Shown piece after piece: positions 40,171-54,098 of a stretch of 64,000 nt of DNA; position 1 is the stretch's first letter, and every line of letters starts with the position of its first letter. The stretch lies in contig OX597826.1 in the NCBI GenBank assembly GCA_951406725.2, positions 2,356,001 through 2,420,000 on the forward strand, in the 5' to 3' direction. The notes under the pieces were generated by a model, which did no database searches, was not told where the DNA came from, and worked only from the letters and a program-made list of their open reading frames with translations. This DNA comes from Octopus vulgaris. Taxonomy: Eukaryota. Made by a program: the position numbers and the translations under genes.

Positions 40171-40223
<53 letters not shown>

Positions 40224-40388
40224 GTATTTGTGTGTGTGTGTGTATGCTTACGTGTGTATAAATATATATAAGTACTTATATTTATAATCACACCCTTGTG
40301 AATCCATTTAGTTTCGTATTTCTCTGGTTCGTATTCATTGTTCGTTTAACACTCTATTGCACTTGTCACTCCCTCACACACACACACA

Positions 40389-40429
<41 letters not shown>

Positions 40430-40687
40430 ACAGTGTACCTCGCTCTCCTTTCTCCTGTCTCCCACTACTTCTCATCATCTCGCACTTCTCATCTTCGTCT
40501 TGTCCATCTTCTTCTAGAACATGGAAAATATACTTTTTTTCTTGCTCTCCCATTTGTTGTTTTCTCCTTTTTTCCTCTCCTTTACTCTTCCTCGTTTCAT
40601 CCTTTCTTCCTCATCCGTCTTCAGCGTCTTCATCACAATCTTAACGACTTCTATTATTACTATCAAACGTTTTCATACTCCAGAATT

Positions 40688-40767
40688 TCTTCTTCTTCTT
40701 CTTCTTCTTCTTCTTCTTCTTCTTCTTCTTCTTCTTCTTCTTCTTCTTCTTCTTCTTCTTCTTCTTC

Positions 40768-40821
<54 letters not shown>

Positions 40822-40834
40822 TTCTTCTTCTTCG

Positions 40835-40866
<32 letters not shown>

Positions 40867-40887
40867 TTCTTCTTCTTCTTCTTCTTT

Positions 40888-40920
<33 letters not shown>

Positions 40921-40926
40921 TTCTTC

Positions 40927-40962
<36 letters not shown>

Positions 40963-41190
40963 GTCATCATCATCATCTTCTTCTTTTTCTTCTTCTTTTT
41001 CATCATCATCATCATCATCATCATCTTCTTCTTCTTCTTCTTCTTCTTCATCATCATCATCATCATCATATTTTTCTTCTTCTTCTTCTTCTTCTTCTTC
41101 TTCTTTTTCTTCTTCTTCTTCCCTTCTTCTTCTTCCTCTTCTTCTTCTTCTCCTTCTTTTTCTTCTTCTTCTCCTTCTTCTTCCCTCCTT
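40688..41190. repeat. (CTT)n/(CAT)n compound microsatellite
   Basis: Direct read; source of poly-S/H/K/M ORFs. Confidence 0.97.
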
Positions 41191-41361
41191 CTCAGCCCTG
41201 CAATTTTTTTCTCTGTCTGTTTCACCCTTCTCTTTTTCTCGTTACATTTCATCATTCCTATTCTTAATAAATCTATTGCATATTTTTGTGTCTTAACGTG
41301 TAATGTTTGCATTATTTTTCGACGGTCCCTTCGCACACACACACACACACACAGACACACA

Positions 41362-41398
<37 letters not shown>

Positions 41399-41929
41399 TG
41401 TACCCTTTTTCTCTTCCCCTCCCAAACACAGTTTGTTTCTGTGTCTTTACAATATTCTTTCCTTTACAATTTTCAATTTTTTTTTCCCTTCTTATTTTCA
41501 ATTCATTCTACAAAATTCTTCAGAAACATCAACTGACAGATTTTCAAATCTCTTCTTACATTATGGAACAAAATGACACTTGAGCCCACGTTTAAGGTTG
41601 AAATTACTAGCACTTATCCACCGAAAACCGAAGTTCATCTCAACTGCAAAACCCCCAACTGCAATATTAATAATTCCTGACAAGACATTTTAGTAAAGTG
41701 AATATTGTGTATTAAATAAAAAGGTAGAAATACAACAATAGCAATAACGATAACAATAACAAAAAAAAAACAATGATATTAACAATAACAGTAATATGCA
41801 TTATATATTATAAATGTGTGTAGCTCTTTATTTGTGAAAATGTATGTTTGCACACTCAAAGACAGAACCGCATCTGTCATACACGTCCTTGTCACACTTA
41901 TCTTTTCAATTACTCTATCCCATACATGT

Positions 41930-42050
41930 ATTTATGTTAGCATGTATGTAGGTCGGTATGTATGTATAAATAAATATATATATATATATATATATAGATA
42001 GATAGATAGATATATACATACTTGTATATTTATACATACACACTCATATA

Positions 42051-42114
<64 letters not shown>

Positions 42115-42276
42115 TGTGTGTGTACGTAAATGTATATTCATATGCATTTACACATGTATCCGCGCATATGTGTGTATGTAAATACAATTCAAGTATAATT
42201 TCTCTTTCTGTATTACAAGGCCATACATATTTATAAAACTGTGCAGAAGTGCATATATTTATGAAATGAATATGTA

Positions 42277-42338
<62 letters not shown>

Positions 42339-42483
42339 CACACACATATATAGGTGCGTGCAACTGTGTATATATATATATATATATAGATAGATATATG
42401 CACGTATATACATATATATGTGTATGCTTATATGTATGTATGTATATACATATATATAAGAGTGTGTATATATATGCATATAT

Positions 42484-42537
<54 letters not shown>

Positions 42538-42650
42538 TCTAGGTTCATATCCTCCATATAGTATAAGAATATATTTGCATATAAATATGTATTTATATAT
42601 GTAAGTATGTATGTGTATACACGTGTGTGGACACACATACACATGCATAA
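41930..42650. repeat. Compound (TA)/(TG) microsatellite field
   Basis: Direct read. Confidence 0.92.
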
Positions 42651-43362
42651 ACATATCCAGAGTCAGGTGTGCCTGCATTCACACACACACTCCCAAGGAA
42701 AAAAGAAAATACATACATATGTTGTTGTATGGTATAGCATTTAGATATTAAGGGTAATTAAAGTCTAATGTGTCACCTGTTTATAAATTCAAATATATAG
42801 AGAAAAAAAAATAGAAATGAAAATTTTCCCCACTCCCTATGGCCAAGCAATTCTATCTCCTTATTTTCTTGATTAAAATTCTGTGTGACACTTAGTTGCT
42901 GTGAAATACCATAGTTTTATTTGAAATGATTCAGTGTTTTCATAAGGAATTCAAGATTGTTCACAGACGACGAATATTTTACGATACATTTTGTTTCATT
43001 TTCGTAGGGCCGTGGAGATTTAATAAATAAGATTTCTTTTGACTTCTGGAGAGTGTCTTAGAGTAAATGAATGCCGGTGGCAAACAGTTTAGGCGACATC
43101 ATTTTAATGCCTGTTGTTGGATGCCGTTTCCAATCCATGCTACTAAAGCACTTAAGCATATATAGAAAAATTGAAAAATTAACAAGAAATCCTAAAAATA
43201 TTGTGGACCACGTGATGAAAAAAAATTATAAAATTCATAATTTTCTACGTCATGTATTATACACATACACACACATGCAAATACATATAAACACGCATAT
43301 GTGTGTATATGTGTGTGTGCGTGTGTGTTCTATTGTCTGTGTGACTGTGTGTGTACGTGTGA

Positions 43363-43403
<41 letters not shown>

Positions 43404-43845
43404 AATTGATACACACTTACAAAGAAACGTATTTATCCAGAATACCTTCATTTTTGTTAATATTAAATAATAGAGTTTTTAAATTATTTAATTGAATTAT
43501 TTCAGTTAATTTAATTGTAATCACGATGTAGAGACAAATCATGTCTTTACATAATTGAATGTCTTAATTTAGTATAACTATATTAGAAAATTAATCTCTC
43601 TGTTCTAATAACGCCCTTCTACGTGTCATGGATTTCGTTTCACCTTTGTGTTATTAATGAAGAAAAGATTGTTCATTATTAAATAATAGCAAATAGCATA
43701 GAGTCGAGAAAATGATAGTTACTCCAAAAGAATTGTTAGCATAACCGGGATATATTTTGGGATCCCAGCGACCTTGCCTTTGATCAAGTGCGAACTACCA
43801 CTCCTATTCTCTTACCAATATTATTTATAGTGTTTATGTTTCTTC

Positions 43846-44086
43846 TCGAGCCATGCCAGTCTCCCAAGATCCGTTTTCTCGGTTTCAGTGGCGTAGGAAT
43901 TCCCCACCTGGATGGGACGCCGGTCCGTCGCAGGATTACTCATTTTCGCCAGCTGAGTGGACTGGAGCAACGTGAAAATGAAGTGTTTTGCTCAAGAACA
44001 AAAACGCATCGGCAGGTCCAGGAATCGAAACCACAATCTTACGATCATGAATTCAACACCCTAACCATTAAGCTACTTGCCTCCAC
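43846..44086 (-). mobile_element. SINE family D
   Basis: cacctggatgggacgccggtccgtcgcagg...tggagcaacgtgaaaatgaagtgttttgctcaagaac...caggaatcgaaaccac. Confidence 0.88.
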
Positions 44087-44645
44087 TTATAGTGTTTATA
44101 CATGAAAGAAATTTTAGAGTAATTTCGCCCGGATACCAGACTTCATTATAATCAGTGTCACTCTTGTCATTTTCGCCTTAGTATTTATTTAGATCACAAG
44201 GAAATATACTGTCAAATAAGTGCATTTACTTGAAACTCCCCCAATTCCGAGACTTCCAGAAAATCATGGATGTAAGGATTTTCACTTCAAAACTGTAAGA
44301 AGTAAATGAAATAAAATTCAAAACAATTCCCATTCAATTTATACTAAATTACTTAAAATTAAGTTCTATAATTAAGGAAAAGCTTAATCCCATGTATTCA
44401 TTCAATTAAACCAAGGGAGAAAAATTGCTCATGCAGAAACAAGAGACCATGTACAGGCTAGTCACTCATCGTTGATATAAACATCGATGAGGAGCTTAAC
44501 GCTAAATTATCAAACGCAGAATTTCTAAGGTAAAAATTCTAAGCTAAAAATAATATATTTCGGCAAATTACCACATCGGTTCTGTGATAGAAAATCAAAA
44601 CGTGCAGCCGTAGAACAAAAGTCTGTGAGTCATCAGACTCTAGTA

Positions 44646-45052
44646 TTCTTTTGTTCTTTTACTTGTTCCAGTCATTCGACTGTGGCCATGCTGGAGCACC
44701 GCCTTTAGTCGAGAAAATCGACCCCAGGATTATTCTTTGTAAGCCTAGTGCTTATTTTATCGGTCTCTTTTAACGAAGCGCTAGATGAAGGGGACGTAAA
44801 CCCACCAGCATCGGTTGTCAAGCGATGTTGGGGGGAAAAACACAGACACACAAACATACACACACATATATATATATACATATATATGATGGGCTTCTTT
44901 CAGTTTCCGTCTACCAAATCCACTCACAAGGCATTGGTCGGCCCGAGGCTATAGCAGAATACACTTGCCCAAGGTGCCACGCAGAGGGACTGAACCCAGA
45001 ACGATGTGGTTGGTAAGCAAGCTACTTACCACACAGTCACTCCTACACCTAT
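44646..45052 (-). mobile_element. SINE family A, full length
   Basis: Collinear reverse complement of 19970-20399. Confidence 0.92.
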
Positions 45053-45066
45053 TATTATTTTTTTTA

Positions 45067-45290
45067 AAGAGCGCGAGCTGATTGAGTCGCTAGCACGCGA
45101 GAAAAATGTTTAGTGTCATTTTGTCTCTCTCTATGTTCTGAGTTCCAATTCCGCCGAGTTCGACTTTGCTATTCATCGTTTCGGGGCCGATGAAATAAGT
45201 ATCAGTTGGGTACTGGTGTCGATGTAAGTGTCTAGACCCCACCCTCCATAAACATTTCAAGCTTTGTGCCTATAGTAATAAGGATTATTA
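45067..45290 (+). mobile_element. SINE family B
   Basis: gttctgagttccaattccgccgagttcgactttgc...ttgtgcctatagtaataaggattatta. Confidence 0.82.
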
Positions 45291-46198
45291 ATCTCAATGA
45301 TTAATAATTCAAATTTCAGGTTAAGTTTTGATATTGCAGGAACCTTGGGAATTCTTTCGGACTACTCGTTGTCCATTTTCAGGTCAGCCTTCAGCGAGCA
45401 ATCTTATGAGAGTCAAATTAGCGGCAGATTCTCGAAGCATGATCCACAGAATTAACTTGGACAATTTTGAAAAATTGTATTGGCTGCTGCTTAACACTCT
45501 GACGATGCTGTTCCTCTTAATTTTGCGTATATTTCTGCCTAGTGGTCAATTCTGATTGGAATCACAACGAAGGAGAGAAAGTTATTCTCTCGAATGAAAG
45601 ACGTATGCCTAACCGTACACTCGCCTATCACTGGAAAACTGCAATTCAACTCTTCACCCTATTTGACACTCTTCAATACACTTTTCTCTAAAAGCATTAG
45701 CGAGAATTTCTCAATGAATAAGAGGCAGTAAAAAGATTCTTCCAAGGCGAGTGCCGTCTGAGACTTCTCAAATAAGACAATGGGACAGATTTTAATTATT
45801 CCCAAAACGGTAAAATGTCATTAATTGAACAGTTTGCTCGGTTATATAGCGATTCCATCATTCAGTTTTCGTCGAATTCAAAATAATTTTTTGTATCATC
45901 TTTTATATTCTAAATCAGTCTATTTTTGTTCATCTTCAATTGTTTCCTCAAATTGCTTCCTCCTTCTATTTCATTGTCTTTCTTAAACACGATTTTCCCC
46001 CATTTCCTCTCCCTCTCTCTCCCACTATTCTTATACTTTTCCTACGGGTTTCGTTGTAATAGCGTGTTTCATATTCTTTCAATGTCGTCAGACATTAAAA
46101 CTTTGAAGGTTTTAATGCTTCATTCTCATTTATATACATATATACATATATGCACACATACATAGGCACCTCCACACACAAACACAGACACACAGATA

Positions 46199-46247
<49 letters not shown>

Positions 46248-46322
46248 GCATGCGTATATATGTATATATATATATATATATATATGCATATATACATACA
46301 CACACAAACACGCACACAAACG

Positions 46323-46357
<35 letters not shown>

Positions 46358-46859
46358 GTATATACATATATATACATATATATATATATATATGTGTGTG
46401 TGTATGTGTGCATGCATGCGTGTGTATGTGTGTGCCAAATTTTGCTTAATACTGAAGCATTACGAAAACTTTAATTGACATCGTTTTATAGAAGGTGTTA
46501 ATAATTTAGATAGAACACTCGATTCTGAAAGATAATACGACAGATATTAATTTTTTTCCTCATAGGAATATGTAAGTGATCCTAAACTTTGCATTAATGG
46601 CTTTCTTTTCATAATTTACTGAAGAGGGGACACGAATCCACTTTTGTTGCCCCGTTGATTTATTGTTTCGTATAGTCACTGACGAATATACATACGTCAT
46701 TTAACCACTAAGTGTCGAAGAGCATTCCTTGACCAAGTTTGTATGCATGATGCTGATAACATCATAAGACTTGGAAGTCAGCTCCTTGAGCAACGTTTTT
46801 ATCTGATAACCTACAAATTGTCTCCCGAAAGGCTCACGTCTCTACCGCAATGTATTATC

Positions 46860-47670
46860 AGATGAAAGGATGAGCCTATATGAGCAGAAGACTATGCATG
46901 GGTGTGTTAGTAGTAGAAAGCACTAAACTGATACTAACATTCATCCTCAAAGCAGTCTTTCATGAAGCAATAATAGCCAGATTACCACCTCCCAGTTTGA
47001 AGGGTATGCGTTTGCAATCCAGGAACAGGAAATATCATCCAATTACTTGATGCACAAATGTGACAGAGATGCAGAAAAAGCAGTAAAATGTGACAAGCGA
47101 TGCAAACTTTAGGAGTTAACACTGTAGATATCACCCACACCATTAGCAGTTGTCCGAAAATGTTATCTAGGTATTATCTACAGAGGAAGCATGATGTAGC
47201 CAGGACACTATATAATGAAATCCATTGGAAGGATTACCCTGAGGACAAAGAAATAAGAACCCGAAGTATGGTAGAGTCATAGCAGCTCATAATAAAAAAA
47301 GGAGTACTAGTGCAATGCCCTAGTGAAGACCGCAATAAAATGTAAGCACAACAAACCTGATATAAGGATTTGGAATAGAGAGGAGAAACTGTGCACAGTT
47401 GCGGACAATAGCTGCCCAGCGGATGTTAACATAAAGCTGATGTTCTATGAAAAAGAGAATACCCACGTCGAACTATTGATAAATCTGCAGTTACTATATC
47501 CATAATACAAGTTCAGGTTTACACCTGTAATTATTGGGGCCCTGAGATATGTAAACACACTGCCTAGATACCACTCTTGAGAAATTAAGCCTCTTAAAAC
47601 CAGAAAGGAAAAAGCTGTTTCGAAGACTACAGATCTAATCCATTACTAGAACTGTAAAAATCTGTAAAAC
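46860..47670 (+). pseudogene. REL-endonuclease non-LTR retrotransposon ORF relic (Dong/R4-like, subfamily 4)
   Basis: FEGYAFAIQEQEI; CCHC-like knuckle C..RC..HTISSCPK..RYYL..HDVAR; KCKHNKPDIRIW..SCPADVNI..EKEN; PVIIGAL; many stops and frameshifts. Confidence 0.88.
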
Positions 47671-48146
47671 TAAGAAATCTGACCACTGAAAAAAGATTGT
47701 TCTCAAGAAAATTCAGTAAACGCCAGAACGTAAGCGAGCAAGACAAATGAAAAGATACAAAATATAAAGATTTGTCACAAATCAAGTTCCATTTTTACTA
47801 CTTACGTATTACTTACGTAAATATCCGCAATTCATCAGTGTGATCGTCATAGCAAAATATTACCTGCAGAACTATACACGAGACGTCCGCATGAGATTGA
47901 ACATGCATACAGTTCTACCAATTACATTTGGGATTATATTTCAAAAGTCTTCGTTTTGGCGCGACAAAGTAACGGAAATTATTCTGCAGAAAATAATTTT
48001 CTGCAGTGAATTTTGCCGGTTAGAGAACATGATTATTTAAATTTAAATAATAAGGGTGAAAAATTGAATATTAATTTGATTAATATCAATTTAAATCCAG
48101 TTGCCTAGCATATTGAAATATCTGAAGATTCAGAAAATTTATATTA

Positions 48147-48292
48147 CATACATATAAGAGGGATGACCACTAAGTGGGCTTCAATTCTGTTAGAGATAGA
48201 GAACAATCTCTTCTTACAGGTCAGTCCATATGGGGTCTACCCCTAGCATAATGGATGTTCACTTAGTGGTCATATCCTCTTATTTGTGTATG
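48147..48292. repeat. Imperfect ~48-bp inverted repeat in a PLE-terminus-like repeat (48040-48292)
   Basis: Perfect core atgaccactaagtg (48163-48176) / cacttagtggtcat (48260-48273) with extendable flanks; abuts (TA)n. Confidence 0.8.
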
Positions 48293-48296
48293 TATG

Positions 48297-48347
<51 letters not shown>

Positions 48348-48369
48348 ATATATATAATCCATATATGTA

Positions 48370-48630
48370 TATACGTTCATCTTTATGTCTGTGTATTTGT
48401 GTCTATGTTTATCCACCAGTATCACCTGATAAACCTTATTGGTGTGTTTTGTACGCTTATGCTTACGGTTTCTCGGAAAGAGACCGACCGAATCAGTACC
48501 AAAGTGAAAAACACCCCCAGAAACTCAAACACTGTGATCGATTATTTCGATTAAATCCTCCGAGGCGGTTCCCCATCATCGACGCAATTTAAATGACTGA
48601 AGGAAGTAAATGATACAAGGTAAAAAGATT
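48370..48630 (+). mobile_element. SINE family A, 3' half, degenerate
   Basis: ggaaagagaccgaccgaatcagtacc...aaatgactgaaggaagtaaatgatac. Confidence 0.65.
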
Positions 48631-49363
48631 TAAAACCTTTCTGACCGAGACATTTTGGAATTACGTGAAACTGAAGCAAACTGTAGTGGAATGGAATGGT
48701 GGAATGACCCATAAGAAAATTTATGAAAAATCTACCCTTCGATGTGCATCCAGTATGAATTCACAAATCGCACATATACTATTCTTCCCGAACCAAATCC
48801 ACCATCGATCCATTATATTCATAGTTAGAATGCATTACAAAAATACTTGTTTGAAACGCTTTTCATGGCGATACGAATAACTTGTATGCCACCAGGAATA
48901 TATCGGACAACCAGAGAAATGATCAAATTTCAATGTCCAAGTTATCTGAATTACACTAGTTTAAATAAAACATAATTGAACATACATATAGGTGTGTGTA
49001 TTGTAGGTTCGTGAGTCGGCTGTTCTTTTAGGCGTAAGAGAATATGTTCTCAATGCGCCTTGTGTTAAAAAGATCTGCAAGTAAGTCATAGGCAAACGAG
49101 ACAACTCATATTGGGTCCCTTTCGGACCGATAGACATCGAACAAAGCCTGCTGCAAGCTATAACGCCGACTGTGACTATATGCTAAATAGCTTAAAATTC
49201 ATCTGCTGGCACGTCCCAACGTTTTATGCTACAAAAAGAAATTCAAATATGAATGAGAAGCAGTTCAACGTAAATAGGCAGAATCGAACACACATACACA
49301 AGGTTTGTGTGTATGTGTGTGTTGTTAGTTCGTTGGTCGGCTGCGTTTAGTCAAAATGCTTAC

Positions 49364-49765
49364 TCTCTCTTTCTCTTTTACTCTTTTACTTGTTTCAGTC
49401 ATTTGACTGTGGCCATGCTGGAGCACCGCCTTTAGTCGAAGAAGTCGACCCCCGGACTTATTCTTTGTAAGCCTAGTACTTATTCTATCGGTGTCTTTTG
49501 CCGAACCGCTAAGTTACGGGGAAGGAAACAACTAGCATCGGTTGTCAAGCGATGTTGGGGGTACAAACACAGATACACAAATACACACACACACATATAT
49601 ATGTACATATATACGACGGGCTTCTTACAGTTTCCGTCTACCAAATCCACTCACAAGACTTTGATCGGCCCGAGACTATAGTAGAAGACATTTGCCTAAG
49701 GTGCCACTGAACCTCGGAACCATGTGGCTGGTAAGCTAGCAAGTTACCACACAGCCACTCTTGTA
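49364..49765 (-). mobile_element. SINE family A, full length
   Basis: Collinear reverse complement of 19970-20399. Confidence 0.92.
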
Positions 49766-49931
49766 TATTTTCCTATTAGAAAGCATCTCCCCTATTGGAA
49801 TCAATATAATACAAATATTGTGCTACCGTTTTTATTGAAGTATAAACGCGTAGCCGCGCTTGTCGTCTGGTTTCCAGACAATGAAAGTATCTGTTCCTAA
49901 ATGGCATGTCAGTTTCATAGAATGATCGACA

Positions 49932-50001
<70 letters not shown>

Positions 50002-50281
50002 TATGTGTGAGAGTATGTGAGCGTGAGTTCGCGTAAGTATATGCATTGGAAAATTATAGTAAGCATAATATGCTGTTTATAATATTTGTTTTGTACGTAC
50101 GATTCGCAATTGTGGTTGCCTGTGCCATCTGCCATATATTATTTGTTCTGTACATCAAAGCCATTAATACAGCTATAAACAATAAGCGAACCTCATTACT
50201 TGAAGTAGACTTGATGATGATGCGTCTACGCGGAACTCTAAATTGCCCATTAGGAATCGTACGTCTAACTGTACCCACAGG

Positions 50282-50336
<55 letters not shown>

Positions 50337-50689
50337 CATGTATATATACTTTATTATATATATAATATATAATATATATATATAATGATATAATATATAT
50401 ATTATTTATGTACATATAAATGCATAGATATACTACTTTACTCTACCTTGTTTTTCGAGTACTACTTTTCGACCTTGATTTGCAACGAATGTACTTGCTT
50501 GTGTGTGTGTCTATACATACTTACATACATACATATATACATATATACATACATTTATATTCATATACACAGATATACATACATTTACATATGTATGTTT
50601 GTGTGTATATATATATATATATATATGTACATATATACACTTACATACAAATGTATATATGCACATGTGTATGTGTGTTCGTGCGTCTT

Positions 50690-50950
50690 AAGGTGCATGG
50701 CTCAGTGTTTAAAGCGTCGGACTCGCCATTACGAGATAGTGAGTTCAATTCCCGACCGAGTTGAGTGTTGTGTTCTTGTGCGAGAGACTTAATTCCACGT
50801 AGCCCCAGTTCATTCACTTGTTGAAACGGGTTGCGACGTCACGAGTGCCCAGCTTGTACTTTTCCCTTGGATAAACCACCTTGCCCGGACTTGTGCCTCG
50901 GAGGGGATCTGTGTAGGAGTATTCCCAAGGTCATTCATAACCGAATGTCG
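50690..50950 (+). mobile_element. tRNA-head SINE related to family D, different tail
   Basis: aggtgcatggctcagtgtttaaagcgtcggactc...gagttcaattcccgaccg...gttgtgttcttgtgcgagagact. Confidence 0.75.
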
Positions 50951-50983
50951 TCTTTACATTTACCTATATATATAACTTCGTGC

Positions 50984-51038
<55 letters not shown>

Positions 51039-51042
<4 letters not shown>

Positions 51043-51310
51043 GCAGCGTAGATGTTGTTTATAAGACGTTTAAAAACACACAAAACCGTTAGATACATTT
51101 CAACATCTAAATTTAATTTGCCAAATTATTTTCGTTGCTTTGAGACCGCGACCTGTTCACTCACAAAATGTGGCACGGAATTTTGTCAGTGAACAGGTCA
51201 CGGTCTCAAAGCAAGGAAAATAATTTGGCAAATTAAATTTAGATACTGAGGTGAATCTAACGGTTTTGTGTGTTTTTAAATGGCTTATAAACACCTCTCA
51301 CTCTGCAATT
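51039..51310. repeat. ~130-bp imperfect hairpin (51039-51169 / 51180-51310) starting at the edge of (AT)n
   Basis: For example tctaaatttaatttgccaaattattttc / gaaaataatttggcaaattaaatttaga; 10-nt loop. Confidence 0.95.
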
Positions 51311-51769
51311 GTTTTTGTTTCAGCTCACGATCTCAGATTAGGTCACTTGTTATGCAGGAACATCTCCGTAATATATCATAGAGCAAAAGATATATACATG
51401 TTTGTATATTTTGCACCATGATTTTATGAATATATTTTTGCACAAGATTTTTCTATCGAATTCTTTATTCCAATTCTTGAAGCCGCTTTTCCTTATGATA
51501 CATATTTTCTCTTAAATTTCACTTTATTTTTCTCCACTGTTCATACCTCTACCGCCATTGATCCTATTTCTTACTACCCGTGCTCCTTTTAGAAATCCAT
51601 GTCATCACGCTCTCTTCGTTGATCTCCCTCTTATTCCCGTTAATCTTTATACTGCATAATCTGTTAGACACTCTCATCCTGTAACCATTTACAAATGTTA
51701 TGTATTTTTCTTTGCGCCCTTCTTACCGTAGGAAAAATACCTCGGAGCACGTTCTTTATTTTCTTTTGT

Positions 51770-52060
51770 CACCCTTTTCAAGCCTAGCCAGGCTCATGGG
51801 CCCGGCTTTCCAGTTTCTGTAGCGTATGTGTCCCCCCCCACCCAGCTGGATGGGACGCCAGTCCATCGCAGCGTTGCTCAAGTAACAGGAAGAAGGAGTG
51901 AGAGAAAGTTGTGGCGAAAGAGTACAACAGGGGTCGCCACCACTCCCTGCCGGAGCTGTGTTTTCGATCAATAAACACACAACACGCGGTCTGGGATTCG
52001 AAACCACGATCCTCCGACCGCGAGTCCGCTGCCATAAACACTGGGCCATTGCGCCTCCAC
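51770..52060 (-). mobile_element. SINE family C with D-type tail
   Basis: Homologous to 34682-34982. Confidence 0.9.
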
Positions 52061-52063
52061 AAA

Positions 52064-52299
52064 ATGCCTAGCCAGGCTCATGGGCCCGGTTTCCCGGTTT
52101 CAATGGCGTATGCGTTCCCCAATTGGACGGCACGCCAGTGCAGCGCAGCGTTACTCATTTATGCCGACTGAATGGACTGGAGCAACGTGAAATAACGTGT
52201 TTTGCTCAAGAACACAACGTGTCACCCGGTCCAGGAATCGAAACCGCAATCTTACGATCATGATGCTGACACACTAACCACTAAGCTACGCGCCTCCAC
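52064..52299 (-). mobile_element. SINE family D, directly in tandem with the family C copy
   Basis: Reverse complement gtggaggcgcgtagcttagtggttagtgtgtcag...ggtttcgattcctggaccggg; shared tail ccgggcccatgagcctggctaggc. Confidence 0.9.
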
Positions 52300-52651
52300 T
52301 TTGAACACGTTACTCTCCGAAGAACGATACTTCTCATACTTAGCTACAGGAACGCTGCCATCTCGCTTCTTCCCTTCAGTTTTATAAGGTTACTCTTTCG
52401 CTCACCTTAGCTATTTTTTTGTTATCACTGTTTTCTTTTTCTACTGTATTTTCTCAAAAGATGTCACGTTGTTTTCCATTGAATGCCTGACACAAACTAG
52501 CTTATCACAACATCAAATTACGCATATGCTGTGTGTATCTGACAGCAAACCTGTTCTCTTTCCTCTCTATGTAGTTTTGTGAATTATTGTGTTCGTGTGC
52601 ATTTCACTTTGTGTTGCGTGGGTCCTTCCCTGTGTGTGTGTACGTATGGGT

Positions 52652-52698
<47 letters not shown>

Positions 52699-52896
52699 GG
52701 CGAGTATGTGTATAGTGTGTGTATGTATGTGATAGTGCAAGAAATCAAAGCAGAAATAAATAGAGAGAGAGAGAAAGATGGTGAAGAAGGATGTTTCCAT
52801 TTTGTCATCATGTCTCGAGATTGCAGTCTTCACGTTTTCTGAAAATAAAACCTGAAAATATGTTGTTTCTTTATTACACATTTTCATATTTCTAAT

Positions 52897-52897
<1 letters not shown>

Positions 52898-52951
<54 letters not shown>

Positions 52952-53423
52952 GCAGCAGCAGCAGCAGCAACAACAACAACAACAATAATAATAGAAATAA
53001 TAATAATAATAATAATAATAATATTAATAATAATGATGATGATGATGATGTTGTGAAAGTGGTGATATAAATATTATCATTAATATTAACATTCTTCTTC
53101 TCCTTATTTTTGTTGATGTTGTTGTTGTTGTTGTTGCTGTTCTTCTTCTTTACTCTTTTACTCTTCTTCTTCTTCTTCTTCTTCTTCTTCTTCTTCTTCT
53201 TCTTCTTCTTCTTCTTCTTCTTCTTCTTCTTCTTCTTCTTCTTCTTCTTCTTCTTCTTCTTCTTCTTCTTCTTCTTCTACTTCTACTATTAGTATTGCTT
53301 GTTTTTCTTTTTCTTATTACTGCAAGTATATTGATCAGTATTATCATTCTTATTGTTATTATTAATATCATTTTTATTATTACTATCATCGTCATCATCG
53401 TCACCGTCACCGTCACCATCAGT

Positions 53424-53450
<27 letters not shown>
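52898..53450. repeat. (CAA)/(AAT)/(TTC)/(CAT) trinucleotide field
   Basis: Direct read. Confidence 0.95.
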
Positions 53451-53454
<4 letters not shown>

Positions 53455-53906
53455 CTTTGTGGTGCGCGAAAACATGTATTCATCTTAAGCTGTTCTTATT
53501 GCAAAGTACCATGGGAAATTAAATACGTGGTTAGACATAAACGTGTATGTTACTGATTTTGTTTTTGCTGTTCTGTTACGCGGCAAAAATCTATGCGGTG
53601 GTTAAATTTAACGGTCCAATATTTCGATGGCCATCAACGATCATTGCTAGTGATATAGGATTTGCTTCAAACAGATGCTGTATAAAAACATTGAGATAAG
53701 GTGAGGAAGATAGTCAGAATGCCGAAGGAATGATAGAGAAAGAAAAGATTTAACTTCAAATATATTTCTAAATCTCTGTGAAAATTTTTTAGTGATATTT
53801 CTATTTTTATTTAAAATACAATAATCATGAGTATACAATAAAAAAATATATATATGATCAGAGGCAAAATTATGGTGTAAATATTCATATGGAAATCTCT
53901 CTCTCA

Positions 53907-53938
<32 letters not shown>

Positions 53939-54051
53939 CTATTTATCTAACTATATATCCATGTAGATAGATATAGGCATATATAGGTACATATACATAC
54001 ACTTCTATGTTGAGCACCTGTATACAAGCATTTATACACACACAGACACAG

Positions 54052-54097
<46 letters not shown>

Positions 54098-54098
<1 letters not shown>

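Noticed and set aside
40298-41501. 332-aa poly-Ser ORF and overlapping poly-His/Lys/Met ORFs
   Set aside because: Stop-free (CTT)n/(CAT)n microsatellite that is open in several frames
46618-46660. CTGAAGA followed by a GGGG/CCCC stem
   Set aside because: No GAAA, stem III or cleavage triplet follows
47985-48007. Short perfect palindrome ctgcagaaaat-a-attttctgcag
   Set aside because: Arms of 11 bp are too short to interpret and have no supporting context
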